From an uncultured Collinsella sp. (GTDB lineage: Bacteria > Actinomycetota > Coriobacteriia > Coriobacteriales > Coriobacteriaceae), in assembly GCA_900553705.1 (NCBI GenBank), contig USEK01000001.1, forward strand, positions 1-48,683: a stretch of 48,683 bases of DNA, in the 5' to 3' direction. This document shows positions 39,133-48,678 of the stretch, piece by piece. Made by a program: the position numbers and the translations under genes. A model generated the notes under the pieces. That model saw only the letters and a list, made by a program, of their open reading frames with translations. It was not told where the DNA came from and did not search any database. Every line of letters starts with the position of its first letter. The first letter of the stretch is position 1.

Positions 39133-39282
39133 AGTGCCTCCTTGGGCGCCCCACGCCGGCATGCGCGGCGATTCGTAATTTATTGCGATGTACTTAATCT
39201 ATCACGGCTTCATAACGTTGCGGCGGTGGCGGTCTATACTTAGACGAACTGCAACGTACCGCTTCGCGAAAGGTCGCACCCC

Positions 39283-40587
39283 ATGCAGACGATCTACCAG
39301 AAGATGGAAACCACCGAACTCGATGCCGCCATCGAGGCGCTCAAAGCCGAGGTCGCCGAGGTCAAGGCCAAGGGCCTGGCGCTCGACATGGCGCGCGGCA
39401 AGCCGTCGCCCTCCCAGGTGGACATCTCGCGCCCCATGCTCGATATCCTCAATGCCGACGCCGATCTGCACGACGGCAACGTCGATTGTTCCAACTACGG
39501 CTGTTTTGAGGGTATTCCCTCGGCACGCAAGTTGGCAGGGGAGTTCCTGGGCTGTCCCGCCGAGCAGACGCTCGTACTGGGTTCGTCGAGCCTGCTGATT
39601 GAGCACGACATCGCCGGCATGTTCTGGCGTTGCGGCTCGTGCGGCAGCGAGCCTTGGGAGGCTTACGAGGCCGCGCACGACGGCAAGAAGGTCAAGTTCC
39701 TGTGTCCCGTTCCCGGCTACGATCGCCACTTTGGCATCACCGCCGACTTGGGCATCGAGAACGTCCCCGTCGCGATGACCGACAACGGCCCCGACATGGA
39801 CGAGGTCGAGCGTCTCGTTGCCGCCGACGATTCCATCAAGGGTATCTGGTGCGTGCCCAAGTATTCCAACCCCACGGGCATCACCTTTAGCGAGGACACT
39901 GTGCGCCGTCTGGTCGAGATGCCCACGGCCGCGCCCGATTTCCGCATCTTCTGGGACAACGCCTACTGCGTGCACGACCTGTACGACGAGACCGACGAGC
40001 TCGCAAATATCTTTGACCTCGCTCGCGCGGCGGGCACCGAGGACCGCGTGGTGGCATTCGCCTCGACGTCCAAGATCACCTTCCCGGGCGCGGGCATCGG
40101 CTTTATCGGTGCGAGCCCTGCGGTTATCGCGGAGTTCTCCAAGTGCCTGAAGGCCGGCCTTATCAGCGCCGACAAGCTCAACCAGCTGCGTCACGTGCGT
40201 TTCCTTCCCACCATCGAGGCGGTCAAGGAGCACATGAAAAAGCATGCCGAGTTCTTGCGCCCGCGCTTTGAGGCCGTCGAACGCAAGCTCACTGAGGGCT
40301 TGGGCGACACGGGTTGCGCCACTTGGACGCATCCCCGCGGCGGCTACTTTGTGAGCTTCGATGGTCCCGATGGCTCGGCCCAAAAAGTCGCCGCGCTCTG
40401 CGCCGACTTGGGCGTCAAGCTCACGCCGGCCGGTGCCACCTGGCCCTATGGCAAGGACCCGCGCGACACCAACATCCGCATCGCGCCGAGCTATCCCACG
40501 GTCGAGGACCTGGAGGCTGCGCTCGACGTGCTGGTGCTGGCCGTTAAGCTTGTCGCTGCCGAGCTTGCGCGTGCCGAGCGCGCCTAA
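39283..40587 (+). CDS. PLP-dependent aminotransferase class I/II (actinobacterial aspartate aminotransferase type)
   Basis: LDMARGKP, PGYDRHF, VPKYSNPTG, WDNAY, STSKIT and IRIAPS motifs. Confidence 0.92.
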   Translation: MQTIYQKMETTELDAAIEALKAEVAEVKAKGLALDMARGKPSPSQVDISRPMLDILNADADLHDGNVDCSNYGCFEGIPSARKLAGEFLGCPAEQTLVLGSSSLLIEHDIAGMFWRCGSCGSEPWEAYEAAHDGKKVKFLCPVPGYDRHFGITADLGIENVPVAMTDNGPDMDEVERLVAADDSIKGIWCVPKYSNPTGITFSEDTVRRLVEMPTAAPDFRIFWDNAYCVHDLYDETDELANIFDLARAAGTEDRVVAFASTSKITFPGAGIGFIGASPAVIAEFSKCLKAGLISADKLNQLRHVRFLPTIEAVKEHMKKHAEFLRPRFEAVERKLTEGLGDTGCATWTHPRGGYFVSFDGPDGSAQKVAALCADLGVKLTPAGATWPYGKDPRDTNIRIAPSYPTVEDLEAALDVLVLAVKLVAAELARAERA

Positions 40588-40638
40588 CGCGCGGCTTTCC
40601 GTACTATCCGCACTTTCGATACGTAAAGGAGCGTATAC

Positions 40639-40953
40639 ATGGATTTGGGTATTTCCACCAACCCCACGCCGGAGCTTTACACCATTAAGGTGACCGGCGA
40701 GATCGATATCTCTAACGCCGATAGCCTGCGCAATGCCATCGACCTGGCGCTCGAGCAGCCCACTGAGGCCGTTGAGCTCGATTTTGCCCAGGTGAGCTAC
40801 ATCGATTCGACGGGCATTGGCGTGCTCGTGGGCGCCGCGCACCACGCGGTCGACCACGGCAAGCGCTTTAGCTGCACCAATGTGCAGCCCCCTGTGATGC
40901 GCGTGGTTCAGCTGTTGGGTGTCGACCAGGAGATTTCGATCACCGCTGCATAA
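40639..40953 (+). CDS. STAS-domain anti-sigma factor antagonist
   Basis: GEIDISNA and VSYIDSTGIGVL with the conserved phospho-Ser. Confidence 0.9.
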   Translation: MDLGISTNPTPELYTIKVTGEIDISNADSLRNAIDLALEQPTEAVELDFAQVSYIDSTGIGVLVGAAHHAVDHGKRFSCTNVQPPVMRVVQLLGVDQEISITAA

Positions 40954-41106
40954 TCTTTGCCCCCAAAAGGGCATGCCGTTTGGCATATGTTTGTGATGCG
41001 CTCGGACGTTTTGGCGTCCGGGCGCTATACTTGACCGAATGAATAGACGAGTTCCGGCCGAATGGCGCGGTGCGGGCTCGACTCACATCGAGCCTTGGAG
41101 GTATGT

Positions 41107-41697
41107 GTGTTTGGTATTGGAGAGGGTGAGCTCGCAATCATCGTGGTCTTCGGCTTTTTGCTGTTTGGCCCGGATAAGCTCCCGCAGATGGGCCGCACGA
41201 TCGGCCGTGCCATCCGTCAGTTCCGCGAGACGCAGGAAAAGATGACGGCCGTTGTTCAGTCCGAGATTATCGATCCGGTGAGCGAGGCCGCGTCGGCTCC
41301 GGTCAAGCCCAAGAAGGCTGCCGTCGATGACGATTCCGATGCGGACGAGGATGCCGCCGAGACGGCTGCGCCCGCCAAGAAGGAGACCTTTGCCGAGCGC
41401 CGTGCCCGTCTTGCTGCCGAGAAGGCCGCAAGCGAGGGTGCTGCTGAGGGCGAGAATGCTGCCGAGAAGACTGAGGCCGAGGGCGCTGAGCCCGCCGAGG
41501 CCGAGCCTGCCGCCGCTGCCACCGTCGAGCCCGAACCTGCTGCAGACACCGAGCCCGAGCCGGCAGAGCCCACGACGGCCGACCTCTACGCCCGTCGTCC
41601 CCGCAAGCGCAAGGCCGTCGTCGACCAGCTCGCCCGCGAGCTCGAGGCCGAGGACGAAGCTGCCACCGCCGACGCCCCGAAGGGAGGCGATGAGTAA
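41107..41697 (+). CDS. Twin-arginine translocase TatA/TatB subunit with long acidic tail
   Basis: MFGIGEGEL, LLFGPDKLP and GRAIRQFR motifs; GGAGG SD; upstream of tatC. Confidence 0.9.
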   Translation: MFGIGEGELAIIVVFGFLLFGPDKLPQMGRTIGRAIRQFRETQEKMTAVVQSEIIDPVSEAASAPVKPKKAAVDDDSDADEDAAETAAPAKKETFAERRARLAAEKAASEGAAEGENAAEKTEAEGAEPAEAEPAAAATVEPEPAADTEPEPAEPTTADLYARRPRKRKAVVDQLARELEAEDEAATADAPKGGDE

Positions 41698-42488
41698 TGC
41701 CTATCGGACCTGCGCGTATGCCGCTCTTCGATCATCTGGGAGAGCTCCGTCGCCGCCTGACCATCGTGGTCGTATCGGTCTTTGCCGCAGCCATCGTGCT
41801 GTATTTCGCCACGCCTGTTGTGCTCGACATCCTGGAAGATCCCATCCGCTCCTTTGTACCGGACGGTAAGTTCTACATCACCACCACGCTCGGCGGCTTT
41901 GGTCTGCGCTTCTCGCTGGCCATCAAGATGGCCGTGGTCATGTGCACGCCCATGATTATCTGGCAGATTCTGGCGTTTTTCCTGCCGGCGCTTCGCCCCA
42001 ACGAGCGCAAGTGGGTCGTGCCCACGGTGCTCGCCTCGACGGTGCTGTTCTTCTTGGGCGCAATCTTTTGCTACTTCATCATCATTCCCGCGGGTTTTGA
42101 GTGGCTCATCGGCGAGACTTCGGCAGTCGCCACGGCGCTGCCCGATCTGGAGAACTACGTCAACATGGAGCTGCTCTTTATGATCGGCTTTGGTGTGGCG
42201 TTTGAGCTGCCGCTCATCATCTTCTACCTGTCCGTCTTCCATATTGTGTCCTACGCGGCCTTCCGCGGTGCCTGGCGTTACGTATACGTTGGCCTGCTTG
42301 TGGGCTCGGCTGTGATTACGCCCGACGGTTCGCCCGTCACGCTGGGCCTCATGTACGGCGCCCTGCTCTCGCTCTACGAGATTTCGCTTGCCATCGCCCG
42401 TGTGGTCATTACCGCGCGCGAGGGTAAGGAGGGCTTGTTTGTGAGTCGTCTGGACCTGTTCTCGGACGATGAGGATGACGAGGAGTAA
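41697..42488 (+). CDS. tatC: Twin-arginine translocase TatC
   Basis: DHLGELRRRL, FFLPALRPNE, FELP and ITPD motifs. Confidence 0.96.
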   Translation: MPIGPARMPLFDHLGELRRRLTIVVVSVFAAAIVLYFATPVVLDILEDPIRSFVPDGKFYITTTLGGFGLRFSLAIKMAVVMCTPMIIWQILAFFLPALRPNERKWVVPTVLASTVLFFLGAIFCYFIIIPAGFEWLIGETSAVATALPDLENYVNMELLFMIGFGVAFELPLIIFYLSVFHIVSYAAFRGAWRYVYVGLLVGSAVITPDGSPVTLGLMYGALLSLYEISLAIARVVITAREGKEGLFVSRLDLFSDDEDDEE

Positions 42489-42494
42489 ATCGGT

Positions 42495-42851
42495 ATGCAC
42501 GAGGTTGGCATTGTCAACGGCATACTCGATACAGTGATTCGCGCGGCGCGTGGGGCGGGGGCCTCGCGCGCCGTTTTGGTGACGCTGCGTATCGGGGATA
42601 TGACCGAGGTGGTGCGCGAGGCGCTCGACTTTGCGTGGGAGACGTTCCGCGACGAGGACCCGCTCACGCGCGGCTGCGCGCTTGCCGTGGAGGAGGTCCA
42701 TCCACAAAGCGAGTGCCTGGACTGCGGCGAGGTCTTTGAGCACGACCGTTTCCATTGTCGCTGCCCCCAGTGTGGCGGCGCCAACGTGCGCCTGCTGCAC
42801 GGCCGCGAGCTCGATATCGCGAGTATCGAAATCGAAACCCCCGACGATTAG
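42495..42851 (+). CDS. hypA: Nickel metallochaperone HypA
   Basis: MHE start, two CxxC, GRELDIASIE. Confidence 0.94.
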   Translation: MHEVGIVNGILDTVIRAARGAGASRAVLVTLRIGDMTEVVREALDFAWETFRDEDPLTRGCALAVEEVHPQSECLDCGEVFEHDRFHCRCPQCGGANVRLLHGRELDIASIEIETPDD

Positions 42852-42906
42852 CCCGCTAGCCACCTGGGGACGGGGTATAAAGGGGCCAAAGTAAGGAGTG
42901 CCAAGT

Positions 42907-43590
42907 ATGGCTGAGAAAACGATTGATATCGCGTCGCCGATCCTGTCGCGCAATGAGCGCCTGGCAGATCAGCTGCGTCAGCGATTTAAAGAGACAAACA
43001 CCTATGTGATCAACGTCTTGTCGAGCCCCGGTTCGGGCAAGACCACCACGATTTTAGGCACCAACGAGCGCCTGCGCGACAAGGCGGGCCTGCGTTGCGC
43101 CGTCATCGAGGGCGATATCGCCTCGGATGTCGACGCCATTACCATGAAGGAAGCCGGCATGCCCGCCATCCAGATCAACACGGGCGGCCTGTGCCACCTC
43201 GAGGGCAACATGATCATGGAGGCCGTCGATGCCTTCGATCAGGCTGTGGGTCTGGAAAACATTGACGTCATCTTTATCGAAAACGTGGGTAACCTGGTCT
43301 GCCCAGTCGACTTTGACCTGGGCGAGAACCTGTCCATCATGATCCTCTCGGTGCCCGAGGGCGACGACAAACCCATCAAGTACCCGGGCATCTTCCAACA
43401 CGCCGGCGCACAGCTGCTCAACAAGGTCGACGTGGCTCCGGCTTTCGATTTTGACATGGATAGGTATACTAAGACACTCGATGACCTCAATCCGCAGGCG
43501 CCGCGGTTTGCCGTGAGCGCGCGCAAGGGCGAGGGCATGGATGCCTGGTGCGATTGGCTCATCGGGCAGATTGAGCAAGCAAGGGCGTAA
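42907..43590 (+). CDS. hypB: Nickel incorporation GTPase HypB
   Basis: SSPGSGKTT, TGGLCHL, ENVGNLVCP, EGDDKPIKYP and NKVD motifs. Confidence 0.96.
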   Translation: MAEKTIDIASPILSRNERLADQLRQRFKETNTYVINVLSSPGSGKTTTILGTNERLRDKAGLRCAVIEGDIASDVDAITMKEAGMPAIQINTGGLCHLEGNMIMEAVDAFDQAVGLENIDVIFIENVGNLVCPVDFDLGENLSIMILSVPEGDDKPIKYPGIFQHAGAQLLNKVDVAPAFDFDMDRYTKTLDDLNPQAPRFAVSARKGEGMDAWCDWLIGQIEQARA

Positions 43591-43644
43591 GTCGGCCGCC
43601 ATACGGGCGGGCGTAGCCGCAGAGACATGAGATAGGAGCCTCTT

Positions 43645-46251
43645 TTGAAGCTCATCATCGCCGAGAAAAACGACGCCGCGCGTCAGATCGCCGAGCGGCT
43701 GTCCACGGGTAAGCCTAAAAAGGACAAGGTGTACAACACCGCCATCTACCGTTTTGAGTGGAAGGGCGAGGAGTGCGTGACGATCGGTCTTGCCGGTCAC
43801 ATCCTTGCGCCCGATTTTTGCGACAGCGTGCTGTTCGATAAAAAGCTGGGTTGGTATTCGGTCACCGAGGACGGCGAGATGCTGCCGGCCGACATGCCCG
43901 ATGGTCTGGCTCGTCCGCCTTACGACACCAAGCGTAAGCCGTTCCTTGCCGATGGCATCTCCATCAAGGGCTGGAAGCTCGAGAGCCTGCCCTATCTCAC
44001 CTGGGCGCCCGTCATTAAGCTGCCGGCCGAGAAAGAGCTCATTCGCTCGCTCAAGAACCTCGCTAAAAAGTCCGACAGCGTCATCATCGCCACGGACTTC
44101 GACCGCGAGGGCGAGCTGATTGGCTCGGACGCTCTCAACAAGGTGCGCGAGGTTGCGCCGGACTTGCCGGTTGCTCGCGCCCAGTACTCTTCGTTTACCA
44201 AGGCCGAGATCACGCACGCCTTCGATAATCTCGTCACGCTCGACCAGAATCTGGCCGACGCCGGCGAGAGCCGTCAGCACATCGACCTCATTTGGGGCGC
44301 GGTGCTCACGCGTTACCTGACGCTCGCCAAGTTTGGCGGCTTTGGTAACGTGCGCTCTGCCGGCCGCGTGCAGACGCCGACGCTCGCCCTGGTGGTCGAG
44401 CGCGAGCGCGAGCGCATGGCGTTTGTGCCCGAGGACTATTGGCAGATTCGCGGCATGGGTGCCGCGCAGGGTGCTGCCGAGGACGACCGCTTTAAGATTG
44501 CGCACAAGACGGCGCGCTTTACCGACAAGGATGCTGCCGAGACGGCGTATGGTCACGTCGACGGCGCCAAGACGGCGACCGTTGCCGCGGTGACCAAGCG
44601 CTCGCGTAAGCAGCAGCCGCCCACGCCGTTTGCGACGACCTCGCTGCAGGCTGCCGCCGCGGCCGAGGGTATCTCGCCTGCGCGTACGATGCGCATCGCC
44701 GAGTCCCTCTACATGGCCGGTCTCATCAGCTACCCGCGTGTCGACAATACCGTGTACCCTGCGACGCTCGATCTGGGCGCCGTGGTGAGCGACCTGGCAA
44801 AGATCAACCCGGCGCTGGCACCCGTGTGCAAAAAGGTGCTCGCCGGTCCCATGAAGCCCACGCGCGGCAAGGTCGAGACCACCGACCACCCGCCTATCTA
44901 TCCCACGGGCGAGGGCGATCCGTCCGCGCTCGACGGCGGCCAGCGTAAGCTCTACGACCTCATCGCCCGTCGCTTCCTGGCGACGCTTATGGGTCCCGCG
45001 ACCATCGAGAACACCAAGCTCGAGCTCGATGTGAACGGCGAGCCGTTCGTGGCCTCGGGTGACGTGCTCGTGACCCCGGGTTTCCGCGAGGCGTACCCGT
45101 ACGGCCTTAAACGCGACGAGCAGATGCCGCCGCTGGAGCAGGGCGATACGGTCGACGTGTTCGACATTAAGCTCGAGGCCAAACAGACCGAGCCGCCTGC
45201 GCGCTACAGCCAGGGCAAGCTCGTGCAGGAGATGGAAAAGCGCGGCCTGGGCACCAAGTCCACGCGCGCGAGTATCATCGAGCGACTGTACGCCGTGCGC
45301 TATCTCAAAAATGATCCCGTTGAGCCGAGCCAGCTGGGTATCGCCATCATTGACGCGCTGACACAGTTTGCCCCGCGTATCACGAGCCCCGATATGACCA
45401 GCGAGCTCGATGGCGATATGACCCGTGTGGAGCGCGGCGAGGACACCGAAGAGCATGTCGTGACGCACTCGCGCGCACTGCTGGCCGGCGTGCTCGACGA
45501 GCTGCTCAAGCACACGCAGGAGCTGGGCGACGCCATCAGCGACGCCGTCACGGCCGATGCGCGCGTGGGCGCCTGCCCCAAGTGCGGCAAGGACCTGGTT
45601 ATGAAGACGAGCGCCAAGACCCGCGGCAGCTTTATCGGCTGCATGGGCTGGCCCGACTGCGACGTGACCTATCCGGTGCCGAGCGGCGTCAAGGTAAGCC
45701 CGCTCGAGGGCGAGGCGGCCGTGTGCCCCGAGTGCGGTGCGCCGCGCATTAAGTGCCAGCCGTTCCGCCAGAAGGCCTTCGAGATCTGCGTGAACCCCAC
45801 GTGCCCCACCAACTACGAGCCCGATCTTAAGGTGGGCGAGTGCAAGGTGTGCGCCGAGGCAGGACGCCATGGCGACCTGATCGCGCACAAGAGCGAGAAG
45901 AGCGGCAAGCGCTTTATCCGCTGCACCAACTATGACGATTGCGGCGTGAGCTATCCGCTGCCGGCGCGCGGCAAGCTCGAGGCGACGGGCGAGACTTGCC
46001 CCGAGTGCGGCGCCCCCATCGTGGTGGTCAACACAGCGCGCGGCCCGTGGCGCATCTGCGTGAACATGGACTGCCCGACCAAGGAGAAGAAGCCCGCCCG
46101 CGGCCGCAAGACTGCGACCAAGGCGAGCACGGCGAAGAAGACCACGGCAGCAAAGAAGACTGCTGCCAAGAAGACGACGGCCAAAAAGACGACGGCCAAG
46201 AAGTCGACGGCCAAGAAGTCGACTACCAAAAAGACCGCTGCCGACAAGTAA
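43645..46251 (+). CDS. topA: Type IA DNA topoisomerase with C-terminal zinc ribbons and Lys-rich tail
   Basis: IIAEK TOPRIM, ATDFDREGELIG, SAGRVQTPTL, catalytic ISYPR, GLGTKSTR and four Cys clusters. Confidence 0.93.
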   Translation: MKLIIAEKNDAARQIAERLSTGKPKKDKVYNTAIYRFEWKGEECVTIGLAGHILAPDFCDSVLFDKKLGWYSVTEDGEMLPADMPDGLARPPYDTKRKPFLADGISIKGWKLESLPYLTWAPVIKLPAEKELIRSLKNLAKKSDSVIIATDFDREGELIGSDALNKVREVAPDLPVARAQYSSFTKAEITHAFDNLVTLDQNLADAGESRQHIDLIWGAVLTRYLTLAKFGGFGNVRSAGRVQTPTLALVVERERERMAFVPEDYWQIRGMGAAQGAAEDDRFKIAHKTARFTDKDAAETAYGHVDGAKTATVAAVTKRSRKQQPPTPFATTSLQAAAAAEGISPARTMRIAESLYMAGLISYPRVDNTVYPATLDLGAVVSDLAKINPALAPVCKKVLAGPMKPTRGKVETTDHPPIYPTGEGDPSALDGGQRKLYDLIARRFLATLMGPATIENTKLELDVNGEPFVASGDVLVTPGFREAYPYGLKRDEQMPPLEQGDTVDVFDIKLEAKQTEPPARYSQGKLVQEMEKRGLGTKSTRASIIERLYAVRYLKNDPVEPSQLGIAIIDALTQFAPRITSPDMTSELDGDMTRVERGEDTEEHVVTHSRALLAGVLDELLKHTQELGDAISDAVTADARVGACPKCGKDLVMKTSAKTRGSFIGCMGWPDCDVTYPVPSGVKVSPLEGEAAVCPECGAPRIKCQPFRQKAFEICVNPTCPTNYEPDLKVGECKVCAEAGRHGDLIAHKSEKSGKRFIRCTNYDDCGVSYPLPARGKLEATGETCPECGAPIVVVNTARGPWRICVNMDCPTKEKKPARGRKTATKASTAKKTTAAKKTAAKKTTAKKTTAKKSTAKKSTTKKTAADK
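46108..46243 (+). repeat. 15-bp coding tandem repeat (KKTTA/KKSTA)
   Basis: aagaagacgacggcc-type units at the topA 3' end. Confidence 0.85.
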
Positions 46252-46272
46252 CCGAGCACATATAGACACGGC

Positions 46273-46310
46273 GGGGCCGGGCGCGCAAATGCAAATGCGC
46301 GCCCGGCCCC
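46273..46310. terminator. Hairpin after topA
   Basis: ggggccgggcgcgca / tgcgcgcccggcccc stem. Confidence 0.65.
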
Positions 46311-46316
46311 ACTTCT

Positions 46317-46385
46317 AACTTGCGGTGAAATAGGGACTGTTTTTGCTGGCAAAAGGCCTAATTAATCCCTATTTCACCGCAAGTT
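46317..46385. repeat. ~70-bp palindromic repeat, family E copy 2
   Basis: Perfect 20-bp arms aacttgcggtgaaataggga / tccctatttcaccgcaagtt. Confidence 0.92.
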
Positions 46386-46402
46386 TTGATCAGTTGTTGA
46401 GA

Positions 46403-47353
46403 TTACTTCACCTCGACGGGTGCGGCGCCGGGGTAGCGATCCTCAAAGTCCAGACGGTATTTGTTGTCGTTGGTGCCTGCTACGTTGTCGCGCGCCAGCG
46501 GCGCCACGATTTCGTCCTTGTGGTTGGCGGGGCTGGAGTACTCAAGGCTGATCTCCCAAGCGTCACAAATGACGTCGATGCGATTCTCCAGGTCGTCGTA
46601 GAGCGTGATGATATCTTTCCACGAGCCGTAATTCTGCGAGTCGATGGGAACGTCCAGGTCCTCGACCTCGTCCTTGAGGTCGTCGATCTGATCCTCGAGC
46701 GCCTCGGCGGCATCGCTGGCCGACTGACGCGAGCTTCGGTCATCCTTGAGATAGTACGTGTTAAACGTGGTGGCGCAGTCGCGAACCTGCTGATCAAGAT
46801 CGGAGAGCCTGCTGTAATAGGAGCTCAGCTGGTCGTAGACGTTCTGCTCGCTGATGGTGGCGGCATCGTGGACGTCATCGTCATCATCATTGTCAAGCTT
46901 GTTGGGGTCGCCCTTGACGGACGCATCGTCATTATCGTGGTCGATCTTGACCTTCTCGATCGTCGTGCCCTCGGTATCATCGGCGCCCTTGTCGAAAGGC
47001 TTGATCATAAAGAACACGACGAGCGCGATAATCACGACGATTAGCGCGGCGATGATGCCGATGAGCAGGGCGTTGTTGTTTTTGGGCGCGGCGGGAGCAC
47101 CGGCCTGCGGAGCGGCGGTCGGTATGGGCTGCTGCGGCGCGGAGCCGGCTGGCGTCGCCCATTGCTGCGTCGCGCCAGCTTCCGGCTGGGGAGCGGGCGC
47201 GGGCTGATGGGCGGACTGCACGGTCACGTCCGCCCGCGCATCCTCTTGCGACTGAGAGGCCTGGCCATCATCGGTTACCGGCGTTCCGCAGCTGGTGCAA
47301 AAACGCTCGTCGTCTTTCAGAAGCTTGCCGCAATGGGTGCAAAACCGGGGCAT
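46403..47353 (-). CDS. Zinc-ribbon-domain single-pass membrane protein
   Basis: FCTHCG...FCTSCG, Pro/Ala/Gln linker, TM and acidic helical outer domain; GGAAGGA SD. Confidence 0.85.
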   Translation of the reverse strand: MPRFCTHCGKLLKDDERFCTSCGTPVTDDGQASQSQEDARADVTVQSAHQPAPAPQPEAGATQQWATPAGSAPQQPIPTAAPQAGAPAAPKNNNALLIGIIAALIVVIIALVVFFMIKPFDKGADDTEGTTIEKVKIDHDNDDASVKGDPNKLDNDDDDDVHDAATISEQNVYDQLSSYYSRLSDLDQQVRDCATTFNTYYLKDDRSSRQSASDAAEALEDQIDDLKDEVEDLDVPIDSQNYGSWKDIITLYDDLENRIDVICDAWEISLEYSSPANHKDEIVAPLARDNVAGTNDNKYRLDFEDRYPGAAPVEVK

Positions 47354-47536
47354 GATGGTTCCTTCCATTCGATGTGTTGGCTAGATTATAAGGTGGTTCA
47401 GGTGCGGTTGGGCCGCGCCGGCCCAACTGGTTATATAAGGATAATCGTGCCGTGCAAGCCCTGTCGCATACGTCACAATGAGTGCGGCGTGCTGGGTGTC
47501 CGGCGCGGCCGTTTATCGACGGCTCGGTAGAATGCG

Positions 47537-48610
47537 ATGGTGGGGAGTGAGTCTGTGTACTGCGGCGAGCAAGGTCGGGGTGGCGGCGACAACGTGGAGG
47601 CGTTCCGGTTCCCGCCGGGGGATGCACCCCTCGCTGCGCGCGATTGCTCGCGTCGAGTGTTTTGTGCCGGGATGTTGACCGGAGCGCTTGCCTCGGTGAT
47701 GAGTCTCGGCGGTTGTGCCGCGCGCCGCAACGAGGCTGGGGGCTCCGCTGTCCCTGCCAAACAAAAAGCGAATCATCCGTCCGCTCAAAAGACGGAAGCT
47801 GTCGCCCGGGCTTCTTGGATTGCCAGCCTTCAGCAAGATATCGAAGCCCTTGTCGAGCCGTATGATGGGTCTACCTCGGTCTATGCTGTGGCGCTCGATC
47901 CTCAAACGTTCGCGTCGCTCGATGGCGAAGTCGCTGTGGCGCCGGACGCGCGACGTGTGGCGGCAAGCATCATCAAGCTTCCCATTCTCGCTTGTGCGCT
48001 CGAGACCGTGACGGCGGGCGAGCTGTCCCTCGACGAGCAGATAACGGTAACGCAACGGGATATCGTGGGTGGCAGCGGCAACATTCAGTCGCGCGGCGTG
48101 GGTGTGTCGTACAGTATTGACGAGCTGCTGCACGCCATGATCGCCCAGAGCGATAACGTGGCAGCGAACCTTGTTATCGGCAGGCTTGGCATGGATACGG
48201 TCAACGAAACATGCGCTGCATTGGGGCTGACCCAGACCGTGCTCGCTCGTTTGATGATGGATGCCGAGGCCCAGGCACAAGGTCGCGAGAACTATACGAG
48301 CGCCCGTGATACTGCGGCCGTGTTGCAGCGGCTGGCGGTGGGGACAATCGCGACGCCCGAGCTATGCGAGCGAGCGCGCGGATATCTGCTGGCGCAGGAA
48401 GACGCGCGCGGTATTGTCGAGGGCGTTCCCGGCGGCGTTTTGGTCGCGCACAAAACGGGCAGTCTGGCGAATGCTCAGCACGATGCCGCAATCGTCTACG
48501 CCGAGCGCCCTTACGTGCTGGCAATCCTCACCCAGGACCTCGAACGCGAACAGGCCCTAGTCCTCGAGCGCGACATTTCCTTCGCCATCAACGCCCGCGC
48601 CCACTCCTAA
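47537..48610 (+). CDS. Class A beta-lactamase-like serine hydrolase/PBP, probable Tat lipoprotein
   Basis: SIIK (SxxK), SDN and KTG motifs; SRRVF twin-arginine and LGGC lipobox; start uncertain. Confidence 0.85.
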   Translation: MVGSESVYCGEQGRGGGDNVEAFRFPPGDAPLAARDCSRRVFCAGMLTGALASVMSLGGCAARRNEAGGSAVPAKQKANHPSAQKTEAVARASWIASLQQDIEALVEPYDGSTSVYAVALDPQTFASLDGEVAVAPDARRVAASIIKLPILACALETVTAGELSLDEQITVTQRDIVGGSGNIQSRGVGVSYSIDELLHAMIAQSDNVAANLVIGRLGMDTVNETCAALGLTQTVLARLMMDAEAQAQGRENYTSARDTAAVLQRLAVGTIATPELCERARGYLLAQEDARGIVEGVPGGVLVAHKTGSLANAQHDAAIVYAERPYVLAILTQDLEREQALVLERDISFAINARAHS

Positions 48611-48678
48611 CTTGCGGTGAAATAGGGATTGTATTTGCTGCTAGAAGGCGTATTTAGTCCCTATTTCACCGCAACTTA
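48608..48678. repeat. ~70-bp palindromic repeat, family E copy 3 (at window end)
   Basis: Arms ttgcggtgaaataggga / tccctatttcaccgcaa; its reverse complement aligns to 8556-8626 including the spacer. Confidence 0.92.

Noticed and set aside
43054..46269. 1071-aa antisense ORF and similar long opposite-strand ORFs (19053-21053, 39202-40986, 30750-32369, 5206-6387)
   Set aside because: Shadow frames of high-GC genes with strong codon bias; no recognisable motifs.
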